DNA of 64,000 bases, from assembly GCA_965197905.1 (NCBI GenBank), contig CBDAOB010000002.1:224001-288000 (forward strand), written 5' to 3'. The position numbers and the translations under genes were made by a program. The notes beneath the pieces were generated by a model. That model did no database searches, was not told the origin of the DNA, and worked only from the letters and a program-made list of their open reading frames with translations. This DNA is from Candidatus Latescibacterota bacterium (GTDB lineage Bacteria; Latescibacterota; UBA2968; UBA8231). Numbering within the stretch: the stretch's first letter is position 1; each line of letters starts with the position of its first letter. Positions 29,275-38,633 of the stretch are shown in pieces.

Positions 29275-30876
29275 TTAGAGCCGGTAGGCAAATAGCTTTG
29301 CCTGAAACATCCTCACTCGAATAGCGGCCATCTCACCAACTCCGGAGATATCGCTATTCCCTTTCCAGGTGACGACCTGGTCCTCTTTATCACCAACCAG
29401 ACGGTCGCACTCTTCAAAGGAATAGCCCCTCAGGGGGTTCGCATCTACGGCTTGCATGGTAGGTATGTACCGGAGCAGCTCCACCTCGATCCAGCCTCCG
29501 GGCGCACAGCGATAGTTCAATCGCAGTTCGTTTTCCTGGCGATACACGGTGGGAATGGTGAAGCGCCCTTCGGTTTCCGCCTCGACGCCGCACAGGCGGT
29601 GGGGGCGCCAGCGTGCCCACCGGCTCTGGTTCTCCTGCATCTGCGGAAACAGGCCGGGTTTGTACTCTTCTGGTGTGGTATGCAGGGACGAACGGGACTG
29701 GTAAGCCAACGCCCAGTACCCGTCCGGAAGCTCCACCAACCCGTTGCGCCATGGATGGAGCTGGCCCTCTTCGCCGCTGCCCCTGGGTCCTACGCTGAGA
29801 ACGGCGCGGCGCTCCGGCCGCGTCCACACGATGCCGTCGCGACTGAAGGCGAGCTGCAGATCCAGGTGATCGGTTGCCATGTGGAACACCGGCAGAACCA
29901 TGGCATGGAGTTCCTGTCGCCCTGGATAAGGGAAGTAGGCAGCTCCGTAGAACGAGATGTCCAGTGGATCCTGGGCATCGGGATGGAGCAGAAGCTTGGC
30001 CGCCGGCCAATGACGAAAGTCCTTGGTTCGCGTGAGGCCTACGGCACGACGCACTACCTCGGTTTCCGGAATGCTGGTGCCCAGGCTCTGGGGTTCGACA
30101 GGAGCACAGCCCTGGGGCTGGATGTAAGCGAAATAGGTCTCGTTATGTGCGTCGTAGCCGGGGCAGATACCGCCGTTCACCGAGTAGCTGGCAAGCCGTT
30201 CCTCGATCTTGGTCCAGTGGAGGCGGTCCGGAGACGTGTACCCGACGAGCGCCCCCTTCAAGACCACCTTGCGACCGGTATACGCTTCACCTTCGTACTG
30301 CTCAGCGCGCCAGTGCCCGTCCGCCTCATCGGCGCCCACCTCTTCGCCGGAGTCTCGGTCGAGCCAGAAACCCTCAGCGCCCAGCGCCTTAAACCGTTCG
30401 GCGGGCGCCGCCGAGGGATCCTCGATGATGCTGCCCTGTACCCCTGCCTTGAGGATGTTGTTGTCGGTGGAGCCGTTGAACTCTGCTTCGCCCAGCACCG
30501 GCCGATCCCAGTTGTAACCGTCATCGCTGACCGCGTAGCAGGCGTTGCTTCCCGCCCCATAGATCAAGTGGAGCTTCCCATCGTCGTGCCACACATGATA
30601 AGCGCTCATGTGCCGGTCCAATTCCCATTCCTTTTCGGGCATCAGGAACGGCTCGGATCGGCGTGCCTCCTCCACTTTCAGCTTCACGCCAATTGGCCCG
30701 TCGAACAGCTCGTAACTTCCGGTGCGGGTGGTGCTCCGGTGGCCGCTGAAGATCTCCATTACGTCCACCATTGCCATCCAGGTGCCGGGATTGTACCGCG
30801 GCCGTACCCAATCACCGGGGAAATAACTGCCCCGATCCAGAATCTCCTGTCGCTGGCTATTCAAGCAAGCCCCCAC
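29275..30876 (-). CDS. Uncharacterised GH32/GH130-like beta-propeller protein (close paralog of 56056-57642)
   Basis: CYAVSDDGYNWDRP.LG..EFNGS.DNN, ERFKA, QLAFSRDG..W.RP, C-terminal MFQAKLFAY. Start codon uncertain. Confidence 0.75.
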   Translation of the reverse strand: MGACLNSQRQEILDRGSYFPGDWVRPRYNPGTWMAMVDVMEIFSGHRSTTRTGSYELFDGPIGVKLKVEEARRSEPFLMPEKEWELDRHMSAYHVWHDDGKLHLIYGAGSNACYAVSDDGYNWDRPVLGEAEFNGSTDNNILKAGVQGSIIEDPSAAPAERFKALGAEGFWLDRDSGEEVGADEADGHWRAEQYEGEAYTGRKVVLKGALVGYTSPDRLHWTKIEERLASYSVNGGICPGYDAHNETYFAYIQPQGCAPVEPQSLGTSIPETEVVRRAVGLTRTKDFRHWPAAKLLLHPDAQDPLDISFYGAAYFPYPGRQELHAMVLPVFHMATDHLDLQLAFSRDGIVWTRPERRAVLSVGPRGSGEEGQLHPWRNGLVELPDGYWALAYQSRSSLHTTPEEYKPGLFPQMQENQSRWARWRPHRLCGVEAETEGRFTIPTVYRQENELRLNYRCAPGGWIEVELLRYIPTMQAVDANPLRGYSFEECDRLVGDKEDQVVTWKGNSDISGVGEMAAIRVRMFQAKLFAYRL

Positions 30877-30899
30877 ATTTCAATCTTGCCTCCTGATTT

Positions 30900-33860
30900 C
30901 TAGATCGGGCGTCCGAACTCGGTAAATCCCAAGATGACCCTCACGAAGAACGTTCGCAGGTGGAAGTCGCGGTCGTCCAGAAACGGGGAGTCATACTCGA
31001 TCCTGTCGGCGTTGAACCCCATCGTGGTTACGAGCTCGTAGCCGAAATAACGCGAGCTGTTGGTGAGGGAAACGAAAGCGGTGCGCTGCTCAAAGCTGTT
31101 GCGCTTGGAGGTGTCGTCCCGGCGCCGGTACGGTATGGGTCCCATGCCTTGAAATCCGATGCGCAGGTGCGTCCGGGTGAGGAGCGGATATTCAACGCGG
31201 AGAATGGGAATGGAGCGTAGCTCCGATTGCAGCCGCACGTCACGCTCTCGATCCACCAGCCGCAACAGCAGGAGCTTGTATTGGGGAGTAACCGTCAGTT
31301 TGCCCCAACGCCCCACGTACTGGATGCGACTGGTCGAGGTCCAGAAATCGACCCGGCGCTGGCGCTGGAAGAGGCCGTGCGTTTCGCCGCCTTGCTGCCA
31401 GTTGAAACGTCCCCGCAGTTTCTGCACAATCTCTAAGGACGACCACGGCGAAACGCGGCCTTGCACATAGCTGTCGCTGACGATGCTATCGCGGTAGAAC
31501 AGTTGATCGGGAAGGATCTCCACTACCATGTGCACCGGCAGGCCGAAACCCTCTTGAACGGGCCGGCTATAGGCAATTCCACGGCCTCCAAAGCGCACAT
31601 CGCGCGGTCCGGCGTCATCGTCGAACACCATGATCTCATCGGCGATGTCGTCCTGAATCGTGCGCAGGCCGCTCTCGAAGAACAGGCGCTTGAGCCTTCC
31701 CTCGCCCTGGCGCCGATAACTCAACAGGCCATAGGTCGAGCGGTTGTGCCCGCTACCAGCAATCTCCTCGATGTCGTAGCGGCCGGCCGAGGCGGACCAG
31801 TTTGGCGTCAGATGCCACTGGCCGAACAGGTGGTAGCCGCGCTCGTCGTGCTCGTAGGGGTAGTCCACTTCGGCATCGTCTTCGCGCTGGTCGGGCTCGT
31901 CATTGTTGTTGCGGTCCAAGCCATACACGTAGCTGTTGGGTTCCACATCGAACATCAAAAACGGCTCTTCAAAGTCGGGCAGCCGGTTGAAATTGCGATT
32001 GGTGTCGGGGGCGCCATCGTTGTCTGTGTCCTGATTCACAAAGACGCCGTTGAGGTCAGTGCCGACGCGGTCTCGGGGTATGCCCGGAGCGTTGCCGTAT
32101 TTGATGTCGGGATAGCGATCACCGTCGTCGTTGTCATCCACCGTCTGCCAGTACATGGTGTCGTTGAGCATGCCGTCCAGATGGCTTAGCCACAAGCTGG
32201 ATTCACCATGAAGAAAAGTGCGCATCTCGGTCTGGAAATCTGGATTGACAGAAAACAGCTCGGCGCCAATTCGTCCGCGGCCGAAGCGTCGAACGGCGTT
32301 GAGGAAGTAGGCCCCGCCGCGATCGGCAAAACGCGGTGCATCGTCAAAGGCCGGCTGTCCGTCGATGCGGGCGGGATAGCGGGAATACACACTCGAGCGC
32401 GCGTATTCGGCCGAGATCTCAAGATCCAGAAGCGTGAGATTGGCGTCGGCGCTGTAGACGAAATTACCGGTGTTTTCCCCCACATGGAAGCGTACCCGAC
32501 GCAGATTCGTGAGATCCCGAACATTGCCCCTGGCACGCCGCACCGTCTGGTAATAGGTGCTCGAGAAGCGGTCGGCGTAGAAGTTGGCAGTTTCGGATTT
32601 GGTGTATAAAGTGGCCACGTCCACCAGGTAGTCGTTCCCCAACAGACCCTCCACAGCCACTGATTGGACGTCAGGTTCGCGGGAAAGGTCGAATAGAAAT
32701 ACGATCTGCGTCTCGCCATCTGCCTGCAGCATGCGCTGCGGTGACTCCACCGTATGGAGAGTCTCGAGGACGGGAATATTGGCCTGTTTCCCGACATCGA
32801 CGCCGGCCTCGTGATCCAGGCGCGCGAGATAGTCCGCAAACAGCGGGAAGTCGCGATTGCGGTAGTAGAATTCGTTGAAATATGGGGTGGCGGCGGAGGA
32901 AGCAGTGAATAGGTCGTAGCCCAAGGGGGTGAAAGCACCCGTGACCTGCGAGACGAATCCCACCTGAATCGGCGGTTCGCCGACATGGCTGATCACCTGG
33001 GGCACGAGGTCGGGCCGCGCCTGGTCATTGATCACCAGCTGAAGATCCTGCACCGCCGCGCCGCCGACGCCATCATCAGGCGAATCATCCCGGAAGCGCA
33101 CGATGATCCAGTCCATCGTCGGCTGATCCGGCTTCAGTCGGCCCTTGAGACTGTTCCCGGTGCTCTGCGTGCTCTGGTAGACGTGCTGGTTCACCCAGTT
33201 CAAGCCCAGATGCAATGCGCCGAAATCCGCTTGGGCCCGCGTGCCCATAAGCAAGGTGGAATCATCAGCAAAATGGGCAAGGGCTTGAAATGCATCGCCA
33301 TAAGCAGAAATTTCGTCTTTGGGCCGCTCTTGTCGCGATGCGACACCGGTGAATTTCAGATAGGTCGTCGCCAGGTCGAAGCGCATGCCGTTGAAGTTCA
33401 CCTTCGACAGGGTCAATGGCGTGAAGCGTGCTTGCAGTGCGTCGCCGACAATGAGATGATAGCCCCAGTCGCCATAACCATCCTTACCCGCCACCACATA
33501 ATCGAACACGTTGATCCACGTGAGGCTGGTCCCTCCCGATTGCTTGAAAATGGAGCTGCCATACTTCAACCCCCCGGTCCGGACTTCGTCCCAGCCATAG
33601 AGATCGTAGCCGGTCATAAGGTGGTTGCCGAGGGGGTCGACGTGGGCTTTGGGGATGTCCCAATAGGGGAAGGTGTGGTTGAGGTAATTCTCGTAGTGGT
33701 TTATCGCGTAGTTGTCGTACGCGGTCCGCTGCAGGCGAAGGTAGGGCCGCGATTGATCTACCTCATTGAGAGGTATCTCGACGCCCGCCGCCTCACCTCC
33801 CGCTAAGGCGAGTGCCAGCAACAGGCCCCATCTTCTTCGCCACAGCTGTTCGGTCTTCAT
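30900..33860 (-). CDS. Large secreted hypothetical protein, putative outer-membrane beta-barrel (paralog B)
   Basis: GGAGG Shine-Dalgarno, signal peptide, same architecture as paralog A; ends TFFVRVILGFTEFGRPI. Confidence 0.78.
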   Translation of the reverse strand: MKTEQLWRRRWGLLLALALAGGEAAGVEIPLNEVDQSRPYLRLQRTAYDNYAINHYENYLNHTFPYWDIPKAHVDPLGNHLMTGYDLYGWDEVRTGGLKYGSSIFKQSGGTSLTWINVFDYVVAGKDGYGDWGYHLIVGDALQARFTPLTLSKVNFNGMRFDLATTYLKFTGVASRQERPKDEISAYGDAFQALAHFADDSTLLMGTRAQADFGALHLGLNWVNQHVYQSTQSTGNSLKGRLKPDQPTMDWIIVRFRDDSPDDGVGGAAVQDLQLVINDQARPDLVPQVISHVGEPPIQVGFVSQVTGAFTPLGYDLFTASSAATPYFNEFYYRNRDFPLFADYLARLDHEAGVDVGKQANIPVLETLHTVESPQRMLQADGETQIVFLFDLSREPDVQSVAVEGLLGNDYLVDVATLYTKSETANFYADRFSSTYYQTVRRARGNVRDLTNLRRVRFHVGENTGNFVYSADANLTLLDLEISAEYARSSVYSRYPARIDGQPAFDDAPRFADRGGAYFLNAVRRFGRGRIGAELFSVNPDFQTEMRTFLHGESSLWLSHLDGMLNDTMYWQTVDDNDDGDRYPDIKYGNAPGIPRDRVGTDLNGVFVNQDTDNDGAPDTNRNFNRLPDFEEPFLMFDVEPNSYVYGLDRNNNDEPDQREDDAEVDYPYEHDERGYHLFGQWHLTPNWSASAGRYDIEEIAGSGHNRSTYGLLSYRRQGEGRLKRLFFESGLRTIQDDIADEIMVFDDDAGPRDVRFGGRGIAYSRPVQEGFGLPVHMVVEILPDQLFYRDSIVSDSYVQGRVSPWSSLEIVQKLRGRFNWQQGGETHGLFQRQRRVDFWTSTSRIQYVGRWGKLTVTPQYKLLLLRLVDRERDVRLQSELRSIPILRVEYPLLTRTHLRIGFQGMGPIPYRRRDDTSKRNSFEQRTAFVSLTNSSRYFGYELVTTMGFNADRIEYDSPFLDDRDFHLRTFFVRVILGFTEFGRPI

Positions 33861-34053
33861 CCTTCCTCCGATGGTTACCGATACGGCCTGAACACCTTCC
33901 GAGCCTATCGAGACAGATATAGGTACGCAAGCACTTTGCTTGAGACAAGCAATTAATTCTCTACCGATCTGGCGAGGAGACTGAGTTTGTAGACTTTAGT
34001 GTAGTTTCGTTTGAACCCGATCAATATATTCTTGGCTCGACGAAAGGAAAACC

Positions 34054-35097
34054 ATGGACATTCTCGAACGATATGTGGCGATAGACAACAAGTGCGCCTG
34101 GCCGAATCTCACCCTGATGCCTGACGGCAGTATTCTGGCCGCGATTTTTGGAGAGCCGTGCCATCAGCTGTGGGAGGGTTCGTCCGAGTGTTGGATGAGC
34201 CGGGACGGGGGCAGGCTCTGGTCCTTTGCCAGTGTGCCGGCGCACCACGAACCTGCCCGCACCCGCGGCGATCTTGCGGCGGGGTTGACGCAGGAAGGTG
34301 CCTACGTGGTCCTGTGCAGCGGTCGCAAGTTCGCGCCCCCTCGCGGGCAGAAGCTCGACCGGGAGCGGACGGAAGATGAAAAAGGCAACCAGGAAGCGGT
34401 GGTCTGTCGCACCGAAGACGGCTGCAAGACCTGGACCAAGTCAGTGGGGCAGTTCACCTACCCACCAAATGTGAGCAATGCCGTGCCGTTCGGGGATGTG
34501 GTGCAGCTCCCGGGAAATCGCCTCGCCGTTTCCTGCTATTCGGCGCCAGCAGGCCACATCGAGGACGAAACTGCCGATGGTGCCTGGATCTATTTCAGCG
34601 ACGATGACGGACGCACCTGGGGTGACGCCCGGCTCATTGGTGCAAATCGGTACAACGAAACGGACCTGCTGGCGCTGGGGGGAGGCAAGATGCTGGCTGC
34701 CAGTCGCACGGCGCGAACGGCGGAGACCGAGATCTTCGCCTCGGATGACGGCGGCCAGACGTGGACCTGCCGCGGCCCGGTGACACCGGCACGGCATATG
34801 CCTGCTCATCTGCTGGAACTGCAGGACAAGTCGATTCTCCTCACTTACGGCGTCCGTCTCAGGGGCATGCTCGGTGTCTGCGCGATGATCAGTTGCGACG
34901 AGGGAGTCACCTGGGATGCCCCCCGGGTACTGTTCAATACGGACGTTTACCAGTCAAATACCAGTCCCGAAGGCACAGACGGGGGTTATCCATCCAGCTT
35001 GCAGTTGGCAGACGGCACCATTCTGACGGCTTACTACTGTCAGCGCGTTCCTTCCCACCAACGTTACCACATGGGCGTTGTCCTCTGGCGGGATTGA
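34054..35097 (+). CDS. Sialidase-like BNR/Asp-box protein
   Basis: Asp boxes SRDGGRLW, SDDDGRTW, SDDGGQTW and SCDEGVTW; YNET; DGGYPSS.QLADG.ILTAYY. No signal peptide. Confidence 0.85.
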   Translation: MDILERYVAIDNKCAWPNLTLMPDGSILAAIFGEPCHQLWEGSSECWMSRDGGRLWSFASVPAHHEPARTRGDLAAGLTQEGAYVVLCSGRKFAPPRGQKLDRERTEDEKGNQEAVVCRTEDGCKTWTKSVGQFTYPPNVSNAVPFGDVVQLPGNRLAVSCYSAPAGHIEDETADGAWIYFSDDDGRTWGDARLIGANRYNETDLLALGGGKMLAASRTARTAETEIFASDDGGQTWTCRGPVTPARHMPAHLLELQDKSILLTYGVRLRGMLGVCAMISCDEGVTWDAPRVLFNTDVYQSNTSPEGTDGGYPSSLQLADGTILTAYYCQRVPSHQRYHMGVVLWRD

Positions 35098-35168
35098 GTC
35101 GCTGGTGAAGCAACTCAAGGAAGAGCCGCATCACAGGTGCCCAGATCTCCTCTCGCTGACAAGCCCAG

Positions 35169-36584
35169 ATGAGACCCGGTAGGACGCACCTCATTGCGCT
35201 ATTGCTGGCGGCAGGAGTAGTCGCCGCTGGATATTCCGCTTTCTGGCGTCTCCCTCCACCACCCATTGCCGAGTTTCCGGCTGTTCTCGAGGGCAAAGAC
35301 CCGATGGTCGTCGCTCTGGTGGAGAAAGCGCTCGTAAGGGTCGCTACTGATCCCGGGAAGCCGGAGCCCTGGATGCATCTGGGCTACGTCTACGAAGCTA
35401 ATGACCTGGACTCTCTCGCCCGCGAGTGTTACGAGAACGCTGTAGCGATGGATGACGCTCGGCCGAAGTGGTGGTATCGTCTGGCGCGCATCAAGATGCA
35501 GCTGGGCGACCGCCCGGGGGCCGTTGATGCTGCGCACCGTGTCATCGGGTTGCAAGCAGACTACCCACCGGTCCACTGGCGGCTCGGTTTTCTACATCTG
35601 GAGCAGAATGCGCTCGAAGAAGCCCGCCGGCAGTTCGAGCGCGCTGTCGATCTGGATGCCAACGACCCCGCCGGCCGGTGGGGATTGGCCCGAGTATGGC
35701 TGCAGGCAGGTCAACCAGAAAAAACCGCCGAGCTGCTTGCGGCCTTCGTTCAGGTGCATCCGGCCGATGCTTATTCCCACCTGCTCCTGGGAACCGCATA
35801 TCGTCAGCTGACGAAGAGGGAAAAAGCTGCGTTCCACCTCGAGCGGGGCCTGGGTGGTGAGCCCGAGTTTCGCGATCCATGGGACGAAGGACTGAAGCCG
35901 TATCGGGCGGGTCTTCCCCACAAGGTCTTTGACGCCATTGCACTGATCGATGCGGGAGAGCTGGCAGAGGCTGCGGAGTTACTGGAAGAGTTGGCCCGCC
36001 ATCATCCGGACGATCTGACCGTCCTGAACAATCTGGCAGCGGTGTACGTCGCCCGGAAGCAGCTACAGCGGGCCCTGAAATTATTCGACAGCGCCCTGCA
36101 GACCCACCCCGACAATGCCTATCTCCACCTGAACGCGGCTTCCGTCGATCAGCAACTGAACCAACCGTCCCAGGCCATTGAACACCTCGATCGCGTGATC
36201 GCCTTGGATCCGCGGCTGGGCGATGCCCTGCGAAAGAAAGGCGACCTACTGACCTCCATGGGAAAACACGAAGCCGCCGCTGCCGCCTACGAAACAGCGC
36301 TTGAAAACGAACCGCACGATGCATCGCTGCTAGTGAGCCTGGGCCTTGCAAGACTGGAACTCAAGCAGTGGGAGGCCGGACTCAATAGCTTCCGGCGCGC
36401 CGCGGCGCTGGATTCGACGCTCGCACGGTCGTACGTGGGCATTGCGGTCGCGGCAAGGAATCTCGGCTTTTTTAGAGAGGCGGAAGCGGCGCTCGTCAGG
36501 GCGGCTACACTGGGTCCCAAAGCGACCAAAATCCAGTCCATGCTGGCGCAGATTCGCAAGCTGGCCGCCGCAAAGGCCCGTTGA
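35169..36584 (+). CDS. Membrane-anchored or exported tetratricopeptide repeat protein
   Basis: N-terminal hydrophobic helix followed by many TPR-like repeats. The stop overlaps the next start (TTGA). Confidence 0.9.
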   Translation: MRPGRTHLIALLLAAGVVAAGYSAFWRLPPPPIAEFPAVLEGKDPMVVALVEKALVRVATDPGKPEPWMHLGYVYEANDLDSLARECYENAVAMDDARPKWWYRLARIKMQLGDRPGAVDAAHRVIGLQADYPPVHWRLGFLHLEQNALEEARRQFERAVDLDANDPAGRWGLARVWLQAGQPEKTAELLAAFVQVHPADAYSHLLLGTAYRQLTKREKAAFHLERGLGGEPEFRDPWDEGLKPYRAGLPHKVFDAIALIDAGELAEAAELLEELARHHPDDLTVLNNLAAVYVARKQLQRALKLFDSALQTHPDNAYLHLNAASVDQQLNQPSQAIEHLDRVIALDPRLGDALRKKGDLLTSMGKHEAAAAAYETALENEPHDASLLVSLGLARLELKQWEAGLNSFRRAAALDSTLARSYVGIAVAARNLGFFREAEAALVRAATLGPKATKIQSMLAQIRKLAAAKAR

Positions 36585-38305
36585 ACAGGATTGATTCGAT
36601 ACTAAGACGTCGGCTCTCTGTCGCCGGAGTGGGCGCGGTCTGCCTCTTGATCGGCGCATGTGGCGAACCCCAGGAAACCGCGCCCGCAGTGTTGCCGCAT
36701 ATTTCGGTGCCCTCATCCGCAGTCTGGTTCGCGGAAGTGGCGGCGGAGCGAGGCATCGAATTTCGCTTCGAGTCCGGCCATCTCGAAAACTACTACATGC
36801 CGGAAATCATGGCTGGGGGAGCCGCTCTCTTCGACATGGACAGCGACGGGGACCTGGACGCCTATCTGGTGCAAGGCGGGTCCCTGACAACCGCGCCGCA
36901 TTCGCGTCCTTCCAATCAGCTGTACCGCAACAACGGGGGCGGCGACTTTGAAAACGTCGCTGAGAAGAGCGGCAGCGCCGACAGGGGGTATGGCATGGGC
37001 GTGGCCACTGGCGACTACGACAGTGACGGCGACCCCGATCTCTATGTCACCAACGTGGGAGCCAACGTGCTTCTGCGCAACGAGGGAGAAGGCCGTTTCC
37101 GGGATGCAACCGCCACGGCGGGGGTCGGCGACGAAGCCTGGAGCGCCAGCGCCGCATTCGTGGACTACGATGCCGACGGCGATCTCGATCTGTTCGCCAC
37201 CAAATACATGAACTGGTCAGTGGCGCTTGAAAGGCCCTGTTTTTCGCCCGTGGGCGACTTGGATTACTGTTACCCGCCGGTCTATAATGCGGAGGCACCG
37301 GATCTGCTCTATCGCAACAACGGTGACGGCACCTTTGCGGAGATCGCCTTTGAAGCAGGGCTGCACGAGGCCTACGGCAACGGTCTTGGCGTGGTCACCG
37401 GAGACTTCAATGCAGACGGCAGGACCGATATCTTCGTGGCCAACGACGGTTCCAAGAACCAGCTGTGGGTCAACCGGGGCGACGGCACTTTCGCGGACGA
37501 AGCTCTGTTGCGAGGATGTGCGGTGGACGAAACCGGAAGAGCTAAGGCGGGCATGGGCGTGGATGCCATCGATGTGGACGATAATTCGACGCTCGATCTG
37601 ATCATCGTAAACCTGCGCGAAGAAACCAACTCGTTCTTTCTCAATCAAGGCCAGTATTTCGTCGATGCCACCGCTTCCGCGGGATTAACTACAGGAAGCG
37701 ATCTGCTCACCCGTTTCGGGGTGGCATTCATCGATTTCGACAACGATGCCCTGCTGGACCTGTATGCGGCCAATGGGCGCATCGCCAAGAGCAACTCAAC
37801 TCAAGACGATCGCTTTGCGCTCCCGAACATCCTGTTCAAGGGCGCGACTGGGGGCCGCTTTGAGGAAGTCTGGCCCATGGGGGGGACGGTGAAGCCGCTG
37901 GTAGCAACTAGCCGGGCAGCGGCATTTGGCGATGTGGACAACGACGGCGGCATCGATCTCTTGGTGGTCAACCGGGATGCCCCGGCGTACCTGCTTCACA
38001 ACATTGTAATCAACCGCGGCCACTGGATCAGCTTTCGGGTGCTGAACGAGCACGGCGCCGAGGCCCTGGGCGCCAACGTGACGTTTGAGGTGGGTGAGGC
38101 TGCTAAGACTCGCGACGTTAAGTCTGCGTACAGCTATCAGGCTGCCAACGACCCGCGGATTCACTCCGGATTGGGCGAGGTGGACCGAGTCTCAAGGGTC
38201 AGGGTGCGCTGGCTCGATGGGCAGATCGAACACTTTGGGTCCTTCGCAGCCGATCAGATCGTCGATCTTCGGCGGGGGGCGGGCAACACCCAGGCACAAC
38301 CGTAG
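36581..38305 (+). CDS. CRTAC1-family (FG-GAP/VCBS repeats plus ASPIC-UnbV) lipoprotein
   Basis: Lipobox IGAC, repeated DxDxDGDxDL motifs, SRAAAFGDVDNDG, C-terminal H.GLG......VRW.DG. Confidence 0.92.
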   Translation: MNRIDSILRRRLSVAGVGAVCLLIGACGEPQETAPAVLPHISVPSSAVWFAEVAAERGIEFRFESGHLENYYMPEIMAGGAALFDMDSDGDLDAYLVQGGSLTTAPHSRPSNQLYRNNGGGDFENVAEKSGSADRGYGMGVATGDYDSDGDPDLYVTNVGANVLLRNEGEGRFRDATATAGVGDEAWSASAAFVDYDADGDLDLFATKYMNWSVALERPCFSPVGDLDYCYPPVYNAEAPDLLYRNNGDGTFAEIAFEAGLHEAYGNGLGVVTGDFNADGRTDIFVANDGSKNQLWVNRGDGTFADEALLRGCAVDETGRAKAGMGVDAIDVDDNSTLDLIIVNLREETNSFFLNQGQYFVDATASAGLTTGSDLLTRFGVAFIDFDNDALLDLYAANGRIAKSNSTQDDRFALPNILFKGATGGRFEEVWPMGGTVKPLVATSRAAAFGDVDNDGGIDLLVVNRDAPAYLLHNIVINRGHWISFRVLNEHGAEALGANVTFEVGEAAKTRDVKSAYSYQAANDPRIHSGLGEVDRVSRVRVRWLDGQIEHFGSFAADQIVDLRRGAGNTQAQP

Positions 38306-38392
38306 TCTGCCCGGGATCGGGTGTAGCCGTCCTTTGGAAATCCGGAGTCATAATTCTGGCACAGATGCGCGAATCTGGAATAAATTTCTTTC

Positions 38393-38421
38393 TTGATCCC
38401 ACTCGTCGTTCTTTATATACT
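38393..38421 (+). promoter_or_regulatory. Sigma70-type promoter for the FlgD-Ig gene
   Basis: TTGATC (38393-38398), a 17-nt spacer, TATACT (38416-38421), with an AT-rich tract just upstream. Confidence 0.65.
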
Positions 38422-38633
38422 CTCCCGGTTAAATGTATTTGTGGGCGACTGCACCTTACTTAATCGCTGTTCGCCCTCACCGGAGGGGGTAAGAGATGGT
38501 GAGTTGGTAAACACCTGAACTCCGGAGAAAGGAGTAGAGCGACAACAACAATTAGTTTGACGTAAATGCAGTTAAATCATGTCCTTAGGTAAAACTCGGT
38601 TTCCCTTCACTATCCCTCAAGGAGTTTGCAGAA

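Noticed and set aside
29452..30903. Long antisense ORFs (also 9849-10874, 7375-8349, 56506-57468, 17494-18372)
   Set aside because: They are shadows of real genes on the opposite strand, expected in GC-rich DNA, and show no motifs.
33942..33975. Sigma54 promoter upstream of paralogs B and C
   Set aside because: TTGC is present, but the GG-N10-GC spacing is not met in either copy.
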